Of a stretch of 59,600 bases of DNA, positions 20,251-31,075 are shown piece after piece. Position numbers and translations under genes: made by a program. Positions within the stretch are counted from its first letter, which is position 1; each line of letters starts with the position of its first letter. Origin of the DNA: Veillonella parvula (GTDB taxonomy: Bacteria; Bacillota; Negativicutes; Veillonellales; Veillonellaceae); contig CAMUQE010000001.1 of the NCBI GenBank assembly GCA_947096075.1, positions 1 to 59,600 of the forward strand. Direction: 5' to 3'. The notes under the pieces are model-generated. The model did no database searches. It was given only the letters and a program-made list of their open reading frames with translations, and was not told where the DNA came from.

Positions 20251-20282
20251 GGTCTCTCATGAGTGCATGAGAGGCTTTTTTT
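20251..20282 (+). terminator. Riboswitch expression-platform terminator
   Basis: ggtctctcatg / catgagaggct stem followed by a T run, before the metK SD. Confidence 0.85.
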
Positions 20283-20299
20283 CGTATTAGGAGGATAAA

Positions 20300-21490
20300 A
20301 TGGCTGAAAAACATATGTTTTTTACTTCTGAATCTGTTACTGAAGGCCATCCAGATAAAATAGCTGACCAAATTTCTGATGCTGTTTTGGATGCGATTAT
20401 TGAAAAGGATCCAACTGCTCGTGTAGCTTGTGAAACTTTAGTTACTACTGGTCTAGTTCATGTAGTAGGTGAAATTTCTACTCACACTTATGTAGATATT
20501 CCTCGCATCGTACGTGATACAGTTCGTGAAATTGGTTATACTCGTGCAAAATTTGGTTTTGACTGTGATACTTGTGGTGTACTTGTATCCATCGATGAAC
20601 AATCTGCTGACATCGCTATGGGCGTTGACGAAGCGCTTGAATCTAAAGATGGTAAGGGTGAAGCACTTGATAAAATCGGTGCTGGTGACCAAGGTATGAT
20701 GTTTGGTTATGCATCTAATGAAACACCTGAACTTATGCCTTTACCAATTTCTTTGGCGCATCGTTTATCCCGTCGTCTAGCAGAAGTTCGTAAAGATGAA
20801 ACTTTAACTTATTTACGTCCAGATGGTAAAACTCAAGTTACTGTTGAATATGTTGATGGTAAACCTAAACGCATTGATACAATTGTTATCTCTACACAAC
20901 ATAGTCCTGAAGTAACGCAAGAACAAATTAAAACTGATTTGAAACGTTATGTTATTGACGCAGCATTGCCTGCTGAATTTGTTGATGAAAATACTAAATA
21001 CTTTATCAATCCAACTGGACGTTTCGTAATCGGCGGTCCTCATGGTGATGCTGGTTTAACTGGTCGCAAAATTATTGTAGATACTTATGGTGGTATGGCT
21101 CGTCATGGTGGTGGTGCGTTCTCCGGTAAGGATCCATCTAAAGTAGACCGTTCCGCAGCATACGCAGCGCGTTATGTCGCTAAAAACGTTGTAGCAGCAG
21201 GTCTTGCTGATAAATGTGAAGTACAAGTTGCTTATGCGATTGGCGTTGCTCATCCTGTATCTATATTGGTTGACACTTTTGGTACAGGTCACGTTGAGGA
21301 AACTAAAATACAAGAACTTGTTAAGAAACATTTCGACCTTCGTCCAGCAGGTATCATTGAAATGCTTGATTTGTTAAAACCTCATTACCGCAAAACTGCT
21401 GCGTATGGTCACTTTGGTAGAACCGATGTAGATTTACCATGGGAACGTACAGATAAAGCACAAATTCTAAAAGAAGAAGCTGGCTTATAA
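20300..21490 (+). CDS. metK: S-adenosylmethionine synthetase
   Basis: [38 protein letters not shown]. Confidence 0.99.
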   Translation: MAEKHMFFTSESVTEGHPDKIADQISDAVLDAIIEKDPTARVACETLVTTGLVHVVGEISTHTYVDIPRIVRDTVREIGYTRAKFGFDCDTCGVLVSIDEQSADIAMGVDEALESKDGKGEALDKIGAGDQGMMFGYASNETPELMPLPISLAHRLSRRLAEVRKDETLTYLRPDGKTQVTVEYVDGKPKRIDTIVISTQHSPEVTQEQIKTDLKRYVIDAALPAEFVDENTKYFINPTGRFVIGGPHGDAGLTGRKIIVDTYGGMARHGGGAFSGKDPSKVDRSAAYAARYVAKNVVAAGLADKCEVQVAYAIGVAHPVSILVDTFGTGHVEETKIQELVKKHFDLRPAGIIEMLDLLKPHYRKTAAYGHFGRTDVDLPWERTDKAQILKEEAGL

Positions 21491-21493
21491 TAC

Positions 21494-21528
21494 AAAAGGT
21501 CTTAGTAGAATTTCTACTGAGACCTTTT
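21494..21528 (+). terminator. Intrinsic terminator after metK
   Basis: aaaaggtcttagtaga / tctactgagacctttt. Confidence 0.85.
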
Positions 21529-21552
21529 ATAATAAACGAAAGGAAATAATGT

Positions 21553-23736
21553 ATGCGCGTAGCACAAGTTATAATTAACAGACCGGCCAAACAACTTCAT
21601 AAACCTTTGAGCTATTTAATGCCTGAAAAGTTTGGTAATGTTTTACCTGGTACGCGCGTACTCATTCCTTTAGGACATAGTCGTGAAGAAGGTATTCTCA
21701 TTGGTTACGATGAGTTAGTTGAGCCACCAGAGTTCACTTTACGAAATATCGTACAAGTATTAGATAGTGAACCTTGGTTTACACCAGAAATGATGGATAC
21801 GGCCCGTCGTCTAAATGAGTATTATTTATTCTCCTATGGTGATGCGTTGCGATTGTTTACGGTGAATAAGACATTAAAATCCTACGAGGCACCAAAGGAA
21901 GAATGGCTTGTAGTCATGCCAGAATTTTCGGTGGCACAATTTAGTGAACGAAAAAAAAAGCAGCGCGAATTAGCAAAATACTTACTTGAAGTGGGCGGAG
22001 CATCTAAGGCGTTACTGTTAGCTAAGGGCTTTTCTCGTATGGTCATAAAGCAAGTAAGTGAAGCCAAGGGGATTACTGTTGAATCACGTTTTAAAGCCAC
22101 AAAAACAACGTTTGATGAGCTTTTAACAGAAGAGGTTAATATTTCTCTTACTGAAGCTCAACAAGCTGTATATAAACCAATACAAGAAGCAATGAATAGT
22201 CATGAACATAAAATCTTTTTACTTCATGGTGTAACTGGTAGTGGCAAGACTCAATTATATTTACGTGCTACAGCTAAATGCATTAGTCAAGACAAGACAG
22301 CTATTATTTTGGTGCCTGAAATTATATTGACAGATCAAATCGTGCGACGATTTGTAGAAACCTTTGGTGATGAAGTCGTAGTATTTCATAGTAAATTGAC
22401 GGTACAACAACGGAACAATAATTGGGAGCGCTTGCGACGTAAGGATAGTCACATTATTATTGGCGCCCGTTCAGCCGTATTTGCGCCAGCTGAGGATATC
22501 GGTCTTATTGTGGTCGATGAAGAACATGATACGTCTTATAAGCAAGAGGATATGGTCCGCTATCATGCACGTAATGTGGCGTTGTGGCGTGGAGAAACAC
22601 ATGGTTGTCCTGTTATTTTAGGTTCCGCTACACCATCTGTTACTTCCTACTATAAAGCTAAGCAAGGGGAATATCATTTACTAGAGCTACCACATCGTAT
22701 TTTTGAACAACCTATGCCTAAGGTTAGCATAGTAGATATGAAAGAAGAAATTCTGCATGGTAACTACTCTGTTTTTTCTGATGCAATGCGTAGTTTGATT
22801 CAAAAAACATTAGATGAACATAATCAAATGATTATCCTGCTAAATAGACGCGGTTATAGTACATTTGTTATGTGCCGAGACTGTGGGGAAACTATTATGT
22901 GCCCTCATTGTGATGTAGCAATGGTATATCACCAAGCTGGTGAAGAATTGCGTTGCCACTATTGTGAACATCACGAGCCGATTCCAACGGTTTGTCCTAA
23001 ATGTAATAGCAAACGCATAAAGTTCTTTGGCTCAGGCACACAAAAGGTAGAGGAAGAATTACGTCGTTATTTTAATTCGGCTCGCATTGCTCGCTTAGAT
23101 CAAGATGTGACAAAAAATAAGCAATTAGCAGAAGATATTCTGCATGACTTTGGGGCTCATAAATATGATATTTTGTTAGGAACACAAATGGTATCTAAAG
23201 GTCATGACTTTAAAGATGTAACAGCTGTTGGTATTTTAACGGCCGATTCAATTTTAAATATTCCTGTTTATACTGCTGCTGAACGAACCTTTGATTTACT
23301 TACTCAAACCTCTGGACGCGCTGGTCGTGGCGATAAAACGGGAAGCGTTGTAATACAAACATACAATCCGTTAAATTATGCTATAATAAAGAGTAAGGCT
23401 CATGATTATGTAGGCTTTTACAATGAAGAAATTCAAAATCGTAAAGCCTTAGGATATCCTCCATTTCGAGAAATGATTCACATGGTAGTACGTCATCAAG
23501 ATATGGAGACATTAGAGTCTATTGCAAATCATATTGTAAATGATTTGGAGGCTCATAAGGGGAATCAAGATATTTTGATTAATGGTCCTTACGAAGCACC
23601 TATAAAAAAGGTGCGTGATATGTATCGTCTAGCTATTATGATTCGCGGTACTGATTTAACGAATTTGAAAGAATATATATATAACTCATGGATTTTCACG
23701 CAAGAAGGACTGCTGATTGACGTGGACCCCGTGTAG
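21553..23736 (+). CDS. priA: Primosomal protein N' (replication restart helicase)
   Basis: GVTGSGKT, DEEH, SATPS, four CxxC zinc motifs, C-terminal IDVDP. Confidence 0.97.
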   Translation: MRVAQVIINRPAKQLHKPLSYLMPEKFGNVLPGTRVLIPLGHSREEGILIGYDELVEPPEFTLRNIVQVLDSEPWFTPEMMDTARRLNEYYLFSYGDALRLFTVNKTLKSYEAPKEEWLVVMPEFSVAQFSERKKKQRELAKYLLEVGGASKALLLAKGFSRMVIKQVSEAKGITVESRFKATKTTFDELLTEEVNISLTEAQQAVYKPIQEAMNSHEHKIFLLHGVTGSGKTQLYLRATAKCISQDKTAIILVPEIILTDQIVRRFVETFGDEVVVFHSKLTVQQRNNNWERLRRKDSHIIIGARSAVFAPAEDIGLIVVDEEHDTSYKQEDMVRYHARNVALWRGETHGCPVILGSATPSVTSYYKAKQGEYHLLELPHRIFEQPMPKVSIVDMKEEILHGNYSVFSDAMRSLIQKTLDEHNQMIILLNRRGYSTFVMCRDCGETIMCPHCDVAMVYHQAGEELRCHYCEHHEPIPTVCPKCNSKRIKFFGSGTQKVEEELRRYFNSARIARLDQDVTKNKQLAEDILHDFGAHKYDILLGTQMVSKGHDFKDVTAVGILTADSILNIPVYTAAERTFDLLTQTSGRAGRGDKTGSVVIQTYNPLNYAIIKSKAHDYVGFYNEEIQNRKALGYPPFREMIHMVVRHQDMETLESIANHIVNDLEAHKGNQDILINGPYEAPIKKVRDMYRLAIMIRGTDLTNLKEYIYNSWIFTQEGLLIDVDPV

Positions 23737-23749
23737 TATAGGAGTGTCA

Positions 23750-24238
23750 ATGGCTGTATTAGATGTTGTAAAAGCAGGTCATCCCGTTTTAAAACAAGTG
23801 GCGGAACCTGTAGAGCATGTTAATAAAAAACTTAGAGCCCTTATCGATGATATGGCTGAAACTATGTATAAGACAGAAGGTGTTGGTCTTGCTGCACCTC
23901 AAGTAGCTGTTTCTAAACGAATTATCGTAGTAGATGATCAAGCTGGTAGTGGACTTATTGCATTAATCAATCCTGAAATCACACATGCTGAAGGCTCTCA
24001 AGTTGGACCAGAAGGTTGTTTAAGTGTACCAGGCTATTTTGGGGATGTAGAACGCTTTAATAAAATTACCGTTAAAGGTATTGATCCACATAATAAAAAG
24101 GTAATTATTAAAGCTGAAGGATTTTTAGCACGTATTTTCCAACATGAGATCGATCACTTGGAAGGTCATTTGTTTATTGAAAAAGCAACTAACTTACGAT
24201 TAATTACTGATCATCCAGAGGAGAAAGAAATTGTCTAA
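23750..24238 (+). CDS. def: Peptide deformylase
   Basis: GVGLAAPQ, EGCLSVP, QHEIDHLEG; ATG 23750 behind AGGAG. Confidence 0.97.
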   Translation: MAVLDVVKAGHPVLKQVAEPVEHVNKKLRALIDDMAETMYKTEGVGLAAPQVAVSKRIIVVDDQAGSGLIALINPEITHAEGSQVGPEGCLSVPGYFGDVERFNKITVKGIDPHNKKVIIKAEGFLARIFQHEIDHLEGHLFIEKATNLRLITDHPEEKEIV

Positions 24239-25241
24239 TAATAAACAATTGCGCATCGTTTTTATGGGGACGCCAGACTTTTCTGTACCAACCTTAGAGG
24301 CTTTGATTCAAGCAGGTCATTCTATTGTTGGCGTGTATTGTCAGCCTGATAAACAAAAAGGGCGTGGTAAACAAGTTCAAATGCCTCCTGTGAAAGTTGC
24401 TGCTCTTGAACATAATTTACAAGTGTTTCAACCTGTTACATTACGGGATGAGCAAGTTCGAGCTGAATTAGAAGCATTGAAACCAGATGTAGTGGTGGTT
24501 ATTGCATACGGAAAGATTTTACCACCGTGGTTAATCAGGCTACCACAATACGGCTGTATTAATGTTCATGCTTCGATTTTGCCTAGCTATAGAGGTGCTG
24601 CACCGATTCACTATGCAATTATTAATGGGGACTCTAAAACGGGTGTTACCATAATGCATATGGATGATGGTCTTGATACAGGTGACATCATCGACATTGT
24701 GGAAACTGATATTTTACCCGGTGAAACAACAGGGCAGTTATTTGAACGTATAGCTGTACTTGGGGGAGAAACTATAGTACCTGTATTAACTCGTTGGGTT
24801 AATGGAGACATTGTGGCTACTCCACAAGATGATACAATGGCAACACACACTGCTAAGATTACAAAGGAAATGGGGCAGATTGACTGGTCTAAGCCTGCTA
24901 ATGAAATTGTAAATCTCATTAGAGGACTTAATCCAGCACCTGGATGTTATACTTACCTCGACGGAAAACGTTTAAAAGTATGGTCTGGAGAAGTGGTTCC
25001 AAGTGATACGACTCATTGTTTGATAGATATTCATGGAAAACATGTGCCAATTGTGTTATCAGCTATAACTAGACCTGGTACAGTCGTATCTAAAATAGCG
25101 GGTTTAGGCGTATTCTGTGGGGATGGAAATATAGTTTTACTAACAGAAGTGCAACCTGAAAATAAGAAACGTATTAGTGCCACTGATTTTATAAATGGAC
25201 ATCAGATAAAGGAAGGTATCGTTTTTGAGGACTCAATATAA
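24231..25241 (+). CDS. fmt: Methionyl-tRNA formyltransferase
   Basis: FMGTPDF, INVHASILPSYRGAAPI, GLDTGD; TTG start behind GAGGAG. Confidence 0.97.
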   Translation: MSNNKQLRIVFMGTPDFSVPTLEALIQAGHSIVGVYCQPDKQKGRGKQVQMPPVKVAALEHNLQVFQPVTLRDEQVRAELEALKPDVVVVIAYGKILPPWLIRLPQYGCINVHASILPSYRGAAPIHYAIINGDSKTGVTIMHMDDGLDTGDIIDIVETDILPGETTGQLFERIAVLGGETIVPVLTRWVNGDIVATPQDDTMATHTAKITKEMGQIDWSKPANEIVNLIRGLNPAPGCYTYLDGKRLKVWSGEVVPSDTTHCLIDIHGKHVPIVLSAITRPGTVVSKIAGLGVFCGDGNIVLLTEVQPENKKRISATDFINGHQIKEGIVFEDSI

Positions 25242-26019
25242 GCAGTACGAAACGTATCCGTTATACTTGATATTATCAACTATTACTTGTGCTTTACTCA
25301 CAGCAATACTAGCTTTTCTAATGTATATATTAGAGCCTGGGCTTTCACAATTACATTCAATTGCACCTATTATAAGTAGTGTAGTTATTTCTATCCTTAT
25401 TGGTGTCATATGGATATTGTGCGCATCCCTAATTGTTGCTAGTTTAGGTATTATACGGTTACATCCTATTGTTTTAAGACTAGCTAATCAGTTTATTTAT
25501 GGATTATTTCCATTGACTTTGGCGATTGGTAAGGTGAGAGGGGTTACTAAAGATCAACTACGTCAATCTATGATTGATTTAATCAATCATCTGGTAATGC
25601 TAGATATGTATACGGTTGATCCAGAACGTATATTATTGTTAACACCTCACTGTTTACAAGAAAGCTCGTGTGTTCATAAGGTTACACATGATGTATATAA
25701 TTGTAAGCAGTGTGGGCGATGTCAAGTTGGTAATTTATTACAAGTTGCAAAAGACTACGGGTGTCAATTTATAGTTGTCACTGGAGGTACTTTAGCGCGA
25801 ATGAAGGTAAAGGAAGCGCGGCCAAAAGCTATTGTAGCAATAGCTTGCGAACGAGATTTAGCAAGCGGTATGGCTGATGTATTTCCCATCCCAGTTATTG
25901 GCGTATTAAATGAACGCCCTAATGGGCCATGTTGTAATACAACAGTAGACCCTGAACGTGTTCGAGCAGTAGTAGAACAATTGATTGGTAGGAATAGCGA
26001 TGACAGAAGTAAAGACTAA
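25225..26019 (+). CDS. DUF116-family Cys-rich membrane protein
   Basis: Two N-terminal TM segments; PHCLQ..C....CKQCGRC, TGGTLAR, AIACERDL, NGPCCNT. Confidence 0.8.
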   Translation: MRTQYKQYETYPLYLILSTITCALLTAILAFLMYILEPGLSQLHSIAPIISSVVISILIGVIWILCASLIVASLGIIRLHPIVLRLANQFIYGLFPLTLAIGKVRGVTKDQLRQSMIDLINHLVMLDMYTVDPERILLLTPHCLQESSCVHKVTHDVYNCKQCGRCQVGNLLQVAKDYGCQFIVVTGGTLARMKVKEARPKAIVAIACERDLASGMADVFPIPVIGVLNERPNGPCCNTTVDPERVRAVVEQLIGRNSDDRSKD

Positions 26020-27355
26020 TCAACAACAGAATATTCGCTTGCTCGCTGTAAAAGCATTAAGTGATATTAATCGCAATGGTGCCTATGCAAATATTACGTT
26101 GCAAGAGTATTTACAGAAATATCATCTATCCGATTTAGATCGAAGATTCTTTACTGAACTTGTGTATGGAGTCATTCGTAGAAAGAATTATTTGGATGCT
26201 ATTATTGTTCACTTTGCAAAACGACCTTTAAAGAAACTATCTTCCATGGTTGTGGAAATCCTTAGACTTGGTATATACCAAATTATTTACATGGATAAGG
26301 TTCCTGAAAGTGCAGCTGTTAACGAATCTGTTAAAATTGCTAAAAAGTTAACTAGAGGATTATCGGGTTTTGTAAATGCTGTATTGCGTTCGGTTTTACG
26401 TGAAAGTGATAGCATCTCTATCGGTGAACTAGCCAAGTCTGAAGCTGAAGAAATTTCTTTTATCTACAATCAACCATTATGGCTGGTTAATTTATGGATA
26501 AAAGAAATGGGAAAAGACAAGACTGTAGATCTTTGTGCGTGGTTTAATGAACAACCTCGTTTGACGGCTCGCATAAATACGGTGAAAGTATCTATTGAGG
26601 ACTGTTTAAAAGAACTAGAAGATTTAGGTTGGATTGTAGAACAGGATAAACATATCCCCGAAGTAGTTTATGTTGATGGTCATCAAGGTCATTTAGAAAA
26701 AGTCAAACCTGTTCTTGAAGGTCATATTACCTTTATGGATAAAGCATCTATGCTAGTTTCCCATATAGTTGATCCTCAACCAAGAGAGCGTATCTTAGAT
26801 TGTTGTGCTGCACCAGGTGGCAAGTCCATGCATATGGCAAGTCTTATGAACAATACAGGGGCTATTATGAGTTGTGATATTTACGACCATAAATTAAATC
26901 TCATGAATCAGAATGCTGAGCGATTAGGTGTATCTATTATTTCTACTAAGCTTCAAGATGGTCGTCATCTACCTGATAATTGGAAAGAACAATTTGATCG
27001 TGTCTTAGTTGATGCTCCGTGCTCTGGTCTAGGTATATTACAAAAGAAATTAGATATGCGCTGGCGAAAAACAGAAGCTTTACTTAACGAACTGCCACCG
27101 TTACAGCTTGAAATATTAGAAAAAGCTTCTGAGATGGTTAAGGTTAATGGATATTTAGTATATTCCACATGTACTATAAATAGTGGTGAAAACGAGGATA
27201 TTTTAGAAAAGTTTTTGGCAATTCATAAGAACTTTATCATCGATCCTGTATCATATAAAGGGGCACCACAAGCTATAGATGGTATGATTACAACCTATCC
27301 ACCGCGAGATCATATGGATGGTTTCTTTATGGCTCGCATGAAACGCTTATCATAA
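26000..27355 (+). CDS. rsmB: 16S rRNA m5C967 methyltransferase (Sun)
   Basis: NusB-like N-terminus; DCCAAPGGKS, DAPCSGLG, YSTCT, DGFF. Confidence 0.95.
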   Translation: MTEVKTNQQQNIRLLAVKALSDINRNGAYANITLQEYLQKYHLSDLDRRFFTELVYGVIRRKNYLDAIIVHFAKRPLKKLSSMVVEILRLGIYQIIYMDKVPESAAVNESVKIAKKLTRGLSGFVNAVLRSVLRESDSISIGELAKSEAEEISFIYNQPLWLVNLWIKEMGKDKTVDLCAWFNEQPRLTARINTVKVSIEDCLKELEDLGWIVEQDKHIPEVVYVDGHQGHLEKVKPVLEGHITFMDKASMLVSHIVDPQPRERILDCCAAPGGKSMHMASLMNNTGAIMSCDIYDHKLNLMNQNAERLGVSIISTKLQDGRHLPDNWKEQFDRVLVDAPCSGLGILQKKLDMRWRKTEALLNELPPLQLEILEKASEMVKVNGYLVYSTCTINSGENEDILEKFLAIHKNFIIDPVSYKGAPQAIDGMITTYPPRDHMDGFFMARMKRLS

Positions 27356-27373
27356 TATAAGAAATGGAGCACC

Positions 27374-28420
27374 ATGATAGAATTATTGGGTAAGTCTTTA
27401 GAAGAATTACAATCTATCTTTAAGACCCATAATATACAAAAGTTTCGAGCGAAACAGTTAATTGACTATATGTATCATAGATATATTTTTGATTTTGAAG
27501 ACATGACACAATTTCCGAAAGACTTGCGTCAATGGTTAGGTAATAATTGTGTTATTTCTTTACCTACATTAATTACAGAGTCTATTGCCCCTGACGGAAA
27601 GACTCGCAAAATTCTTGTAGAGATGACAGATCAAAGTCGTGTGGAAGCAGTTTTGATGGAACAACACTATGGTTATTCTGTATGTGTTTCCTCTCAAGTG
27701 GGATGTGCCATGGGATGTGTTTTCTGCGCTTCTACACAGGGTGGCTTATACAGAGATTTAACAGTCGCAGAAATCATTGGACAAGTTGTCATATTTGGGG
27801 CTCTTACTAAAGAGGAAATACACTCTATTGTCGTTATGGGCGCAGGGGAGCCGTTACAAAATTATGATAATGTATTACAAGCATTACAACTACTACATGA
27901 TCCTATGATTTGTAATATTAGCTATCGTAAGATGACGATTTCCACTTGTGGTTGGGTTCCTAATATTTATAAATTAGCTGATGAAGGTTTTCCAATAACT
28001 TTGGCACTTTCATTACATGCTACAAATAATGAAGTTCGTCGTAGTATTATGCCTGTTGGCGCCCGTTATGAATTGACGGAAGTCTTAGATGCGGTAAAAT
28101 ATTATTATGATACGACACAGCGTCGTGTTACCTTTGAGTACATTCTCATAGATTCTGTAAATGCATCTATAGAGGAGGCTCATGCTTTGGGGCGAATATG
28201 TAAAGATTTCCCAAATTGTCATGTTAACTTGATCCCAGTTAATGGCAATGAACATATTGAATTATATAAACCATCTATTACGAATATGAATACATTTAAA
28301 GACATCGTTAGTTCCTATGGTGTATCAGTAACGGTACGAAAGGAAATGGGCGATGCAATCCAAGCCGCATGTGGGCAGTTAAAGGCTGCTCATGGTCGGA
28401 AAAAGGAGAATCATGAATAA
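27374..28420 (+). CDS. rlmN: Dual-specificity RNA methyltransferase RlmN (radical SAM)
   Basis: CVSSQVGCAMGCVFCAS, MGAGEPL, LSLHA, AACGQL. Confidence 0.96.
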   Translation: MIELLGKSLEELQSIFKTHNIQKFRAKQLIDYMYHRYIFDFEDMTQFPKDLRQWLGNNCVISLPTLITESIAPDGKTRKILVEMTDQSRVEAVLMEQHYGYSVCVSSQVGCAMGCVFCASTQGGLYRDLTVAEIIGQVVIFGALTKEEIHSIVVMGAGEPLQNYDNVLQALQLLHDPMICNISYRKMTISTCGWVPNIYKLADEGFPITLALSLHATNNEVRRSIMPVGARYELTEVLDAVKYYYDTTQRRVTFEYILIDSVNASIEEAHALGRICKDFPNCHVNLIPVNGNEHIELYKPSITNMNTFKDIVSSYGVSVTVRKEMGDAIQAACGQLKAAHGRKKENHE

Positions 28421-29114
28421 TTTTGTTGGTTTAAGTAAAATTGGGCTTGTGCGCCAGCGTAACGAGGACCGTTTCTTCATTGATGGCCATATTTGTGCTG
28501 TTACTGATGGTATGGGTGGCTATAGCGGTGGTGAAATCGCAAGTACCTATGCTGTAGATGAAATAAAAGAATATTTGTCCTCCCTTGAAACGATAGGTCA
28601 ACAAGACTTATGTGATGCTATCATTCACGCTAATCAACGTATTGTAAATCGCGTTGCTTGTGAAGAACGTCTTGCTGGTATGGGTACTACTGCTGTAGTT
28701 ACAGCTATAAATGGTAATCAACTTTACTGGGCAAGTGTTGGTGATAGTCGTTTGTATGTATATAGAGATGGTCATTTACGACAAATTACTACAGATCATT
28801 CTATGGTACAAGAATTATTAACAGCTGGAGAGATTACAAAGGATGAAATGCTAAATCACCCTCAACGTAATTTATTAACCCGCGCAGTTGGTGTTGATGA
28901 AATCTTAGAGGTTGATAGTGGTGTAGAATCTATTCTTCCCGGTGATCGTATTTTACTTTGCACTGATGGATTAAGTGGCTATGTATCCGATGATGTAATT
29001 GCCTCTGTATTACAATCAACGGATGATGATATGTTGGTTATTGAATCATTGATGGAAGCTGTATATGAAGTCGGAGCAGGAGATAATGTGACCATTGTGG
29101 TGGGAACAATCTAA
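28413..29114 (+). CDS. prpC: PP2C-type Ser/Thr phosphatase (PrpC/Stp1)
   Basis: RQRNED, DGMGG, VGDSRLY, LCTDGL, DNVT. Confidence 0.93.
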   Translation: MNNFVGLSKIGLVRQRNEDRFFIDGHICAVTDGMGGYSGGEIASTYAVDEIKEYLSSLETIGQQDLCDAIIHANQRIVNRVACEERLAGMGTTAVVTAINGNQLYWASVGDSRLYVYRDGHLRQITTDHSMVQELLTAGEITKDEMLNHPQRNLLTRAVGVDEILEVDSGVESILPGDRILLCTDGLSGYVSDDVIASVLQSTDDDMLVIESLMEAVYEVGAGDNVTIVVGTI

Positions 29115-29132
29115 TCTAGAAATGGAGAAATA

Positions 29133-31067
29133 ATGAGTACTATGAATATAAAAGGTATACTTCTAGATAACCGCTACCGAATTGTTGATAAAATTGGCGT
29201 TGGTGGAATGGCTGATGTATACCTTGGAGAAGATACCTTACTAGGTAGACAAGTAGCAATAAAAGTATTGCATGCTAATTTTGCAAATGATGATGAATTT
29301 GTGACTCGATTTAAACGAGAAGCACAAGCGGCAGGTAAATTAAATCATCCAAATATTGTAAATATGTATGATGTAGGTTTTGACCAAAATCTACATTACA
29401 TTGTCATGGAATATGTAGATGGTGAAACCTTAAAAAAATATATAACTCGTCATGGAAGACTGTCTATAGATGAGGCTGTTAAATTCACTATCGCCATAGC
29501 TGAAGGCTTAGAACACGCTCATACAATGGGCATTGTTCATTGTGATATAAAACCACATAATGTTATTATTACCAATACAGGTCGCGTTAAAGTAACTGAC
29601 TTTGGTATTGCTCGTGCAATAAATGCAACTAACACAGTTATGTATACGAATTCGATTTTGGGTTCTGCACACTATTTATCACCAGAGCAAGCTAGTGGTA
29701 AACCGGTAGATGGAAATACAGATATTTATTCACTGGGTGTCGTATTGTATGAAATGCTTACAGGTCGTGTACCATTTGAAGGGGAAACGCCAATTGCAGT
29801 AGCATTAAAACACGTTCGTGAGAAGGTAGAACCTCCAACTCGATATAATCCATCAATTCCTCCGCTTTTAGAAGCTGTTGTTATGAAAGCATTATCTAAA
29901 AATCCTGCAGATCGATTTGATTCTATCTCTGATATGATCAGTGATTTGCGGTTATCTCAAGGTTTTACGATGGGGAAAACACAACGTCATGAACCATATG
30001 ATTTTGCTACACAAATGATTCCTGCGGTTGATCCTGAAGCACTTGAAGATCTTAGTATTATTCAAGAAGAACGTAAAGACGAGGGTAAAAAGAAGAGTAT
30101 GTTAAGTAAAATTGCATCGATTCCACAAAAATACATCGTTCTAGGTGCTGCTGTCATTTTCTTAGTAGCATTTTTGGGTGCTTTCTTAAGCTACGGAAAT
30201 TTCTGGAGTAATACAACAGTCGATGTACCTAATGTGGTAGGTAAACAAGTTTCTGTAGCAAAAAATATCTTAGAAGATAAACATTTGCGTGTGTCTACAA
30301 GTGAAGTTACGAATCCTGATGTGCCAGCTGGTCAAGTTATTTCTCAAACACCTGGGGCTGGAGAAAAGGTTAAAGAGCAAAGGACAATCCATCTTGTAGT
30401 TTCTAAAGGTATAGGCGATATTACGGTGCCAGATTTAACTGATTTAACTGTCGATCAAGCCCGTCAACGACTTAAAGATTTAGGTTTAGTTGTGGGGAAA
30501 ATAACACAGCAATCTGTAGATGGTAAAAAAGATGGTGTAATTATTTCTCAGAGTCCTTCCGGAGATTCTAAAGTGTCTAAAGGGACAACTATTGATCTCG
30601 TTGTAAATAAAGCGAAGGCTAAAAAAGTCAAAGTACCTAATCTTGTTGGTATGACATTAAAAGATGCTCGTGATACATTGAGTAATATTCAACTAGGTGT
30701 AAACCAAGTATCTGGATCTGTGGAAGAAAAATCTGTGGTTATAGAGCAAAGTATTAAAGCTGGCGATGAAATTGACGAAGGCTCCACATTAAATCTTACG
30801 ACTGAGTTCAAAGATGATAAAAAGAAATCTGAAAAGAAAGATGGAAACAGTGGTAATAAAACAACTGGTACTATAGATGTTACTGTACCAGCTGGTTCTA
30901 AAAATCAAGAACTTAAAATTGTTGTAAAGGATGATGAGGGTTCTGCCGTAATCTATGATGATACGAATAAACCTGGAGATCGTGTTGTTAGAAAAGTGTC
31001 TGGTGTAGGTAATGTACGTATTGAGGTGTATCTCAATGGTGCATTAGTGCAAGAAACTGCATTATAA
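29133..31067 (+). CDS. prkC: PASTA-domain Ser/Thr kinase (PrkC/PknB)
   Basis: GVGGMADVY, VAIK, HCDIKPHN, DFGIA, one TM helix, three PASTA repeats (VPNVVGK, VPDLTDL, VPNLVGM). Confidence 0.95.
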   Translation: MSTMNIKGILLDNRYRIVDKIGVGGMADVYLGEDTLLGRQVAIKVLHANFANDDEFVTRFKREAQAAGKLNHPNIVNMYDVGFDQNLHYIVMEYVDGETLKKYITRHGRLSIDEAVKFTIAIAEGLEHAHTMGIVHCDIKPHNVIITNTGRVKVTDFGIARAINATNTVMYTNSILGSAHYLSPEQASGKPVDGNTDIYSLGVVLYEMLTGRVPFEGETPIAVALKHVREKVEPPTRYNPSIPPLLEAVVMKALSKNPADRFDSISDMISDLRLSQGFTMGKTQRHEPYDFATQMIPAVDPEALEDLSIIQEERKDEGKKKSMLSKIASIPQKYIVLGAAVIFLVAFLGAFLSYGNFWSNTTVDVPNVVGKQVSVAKNILEDKHLRVSTSEVTNPDVPAGQVISQTPGAGEKVKEQRTIHLVVSKGIGDITVPDLTDLTVDQARQRLKDLGLVVGKITQQSVDGKKDGVIISQSPSGDSKVSKGTTIDLVVNKAKAKKVKVPNLVGMTLKDARDTLSNIQLGVNQVSGSVEEKSVVIEQSIKAGDEIDEGSTLNLTTEFKDDKKKSEKKDGNSGNKTTGTIDVTVPAGSKNQELKIVVKDDEGSAVIYDDTNKPGDRVVRKVSGVGNVRIEVYLNGALVQETAL

Positions 31068-31075
31068 GAGGTACT

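Noticed and set aside
20150..20282. Structured RNA before metK as a novel element
   Set aside because: It is a canonical SAM-I riboswitch.
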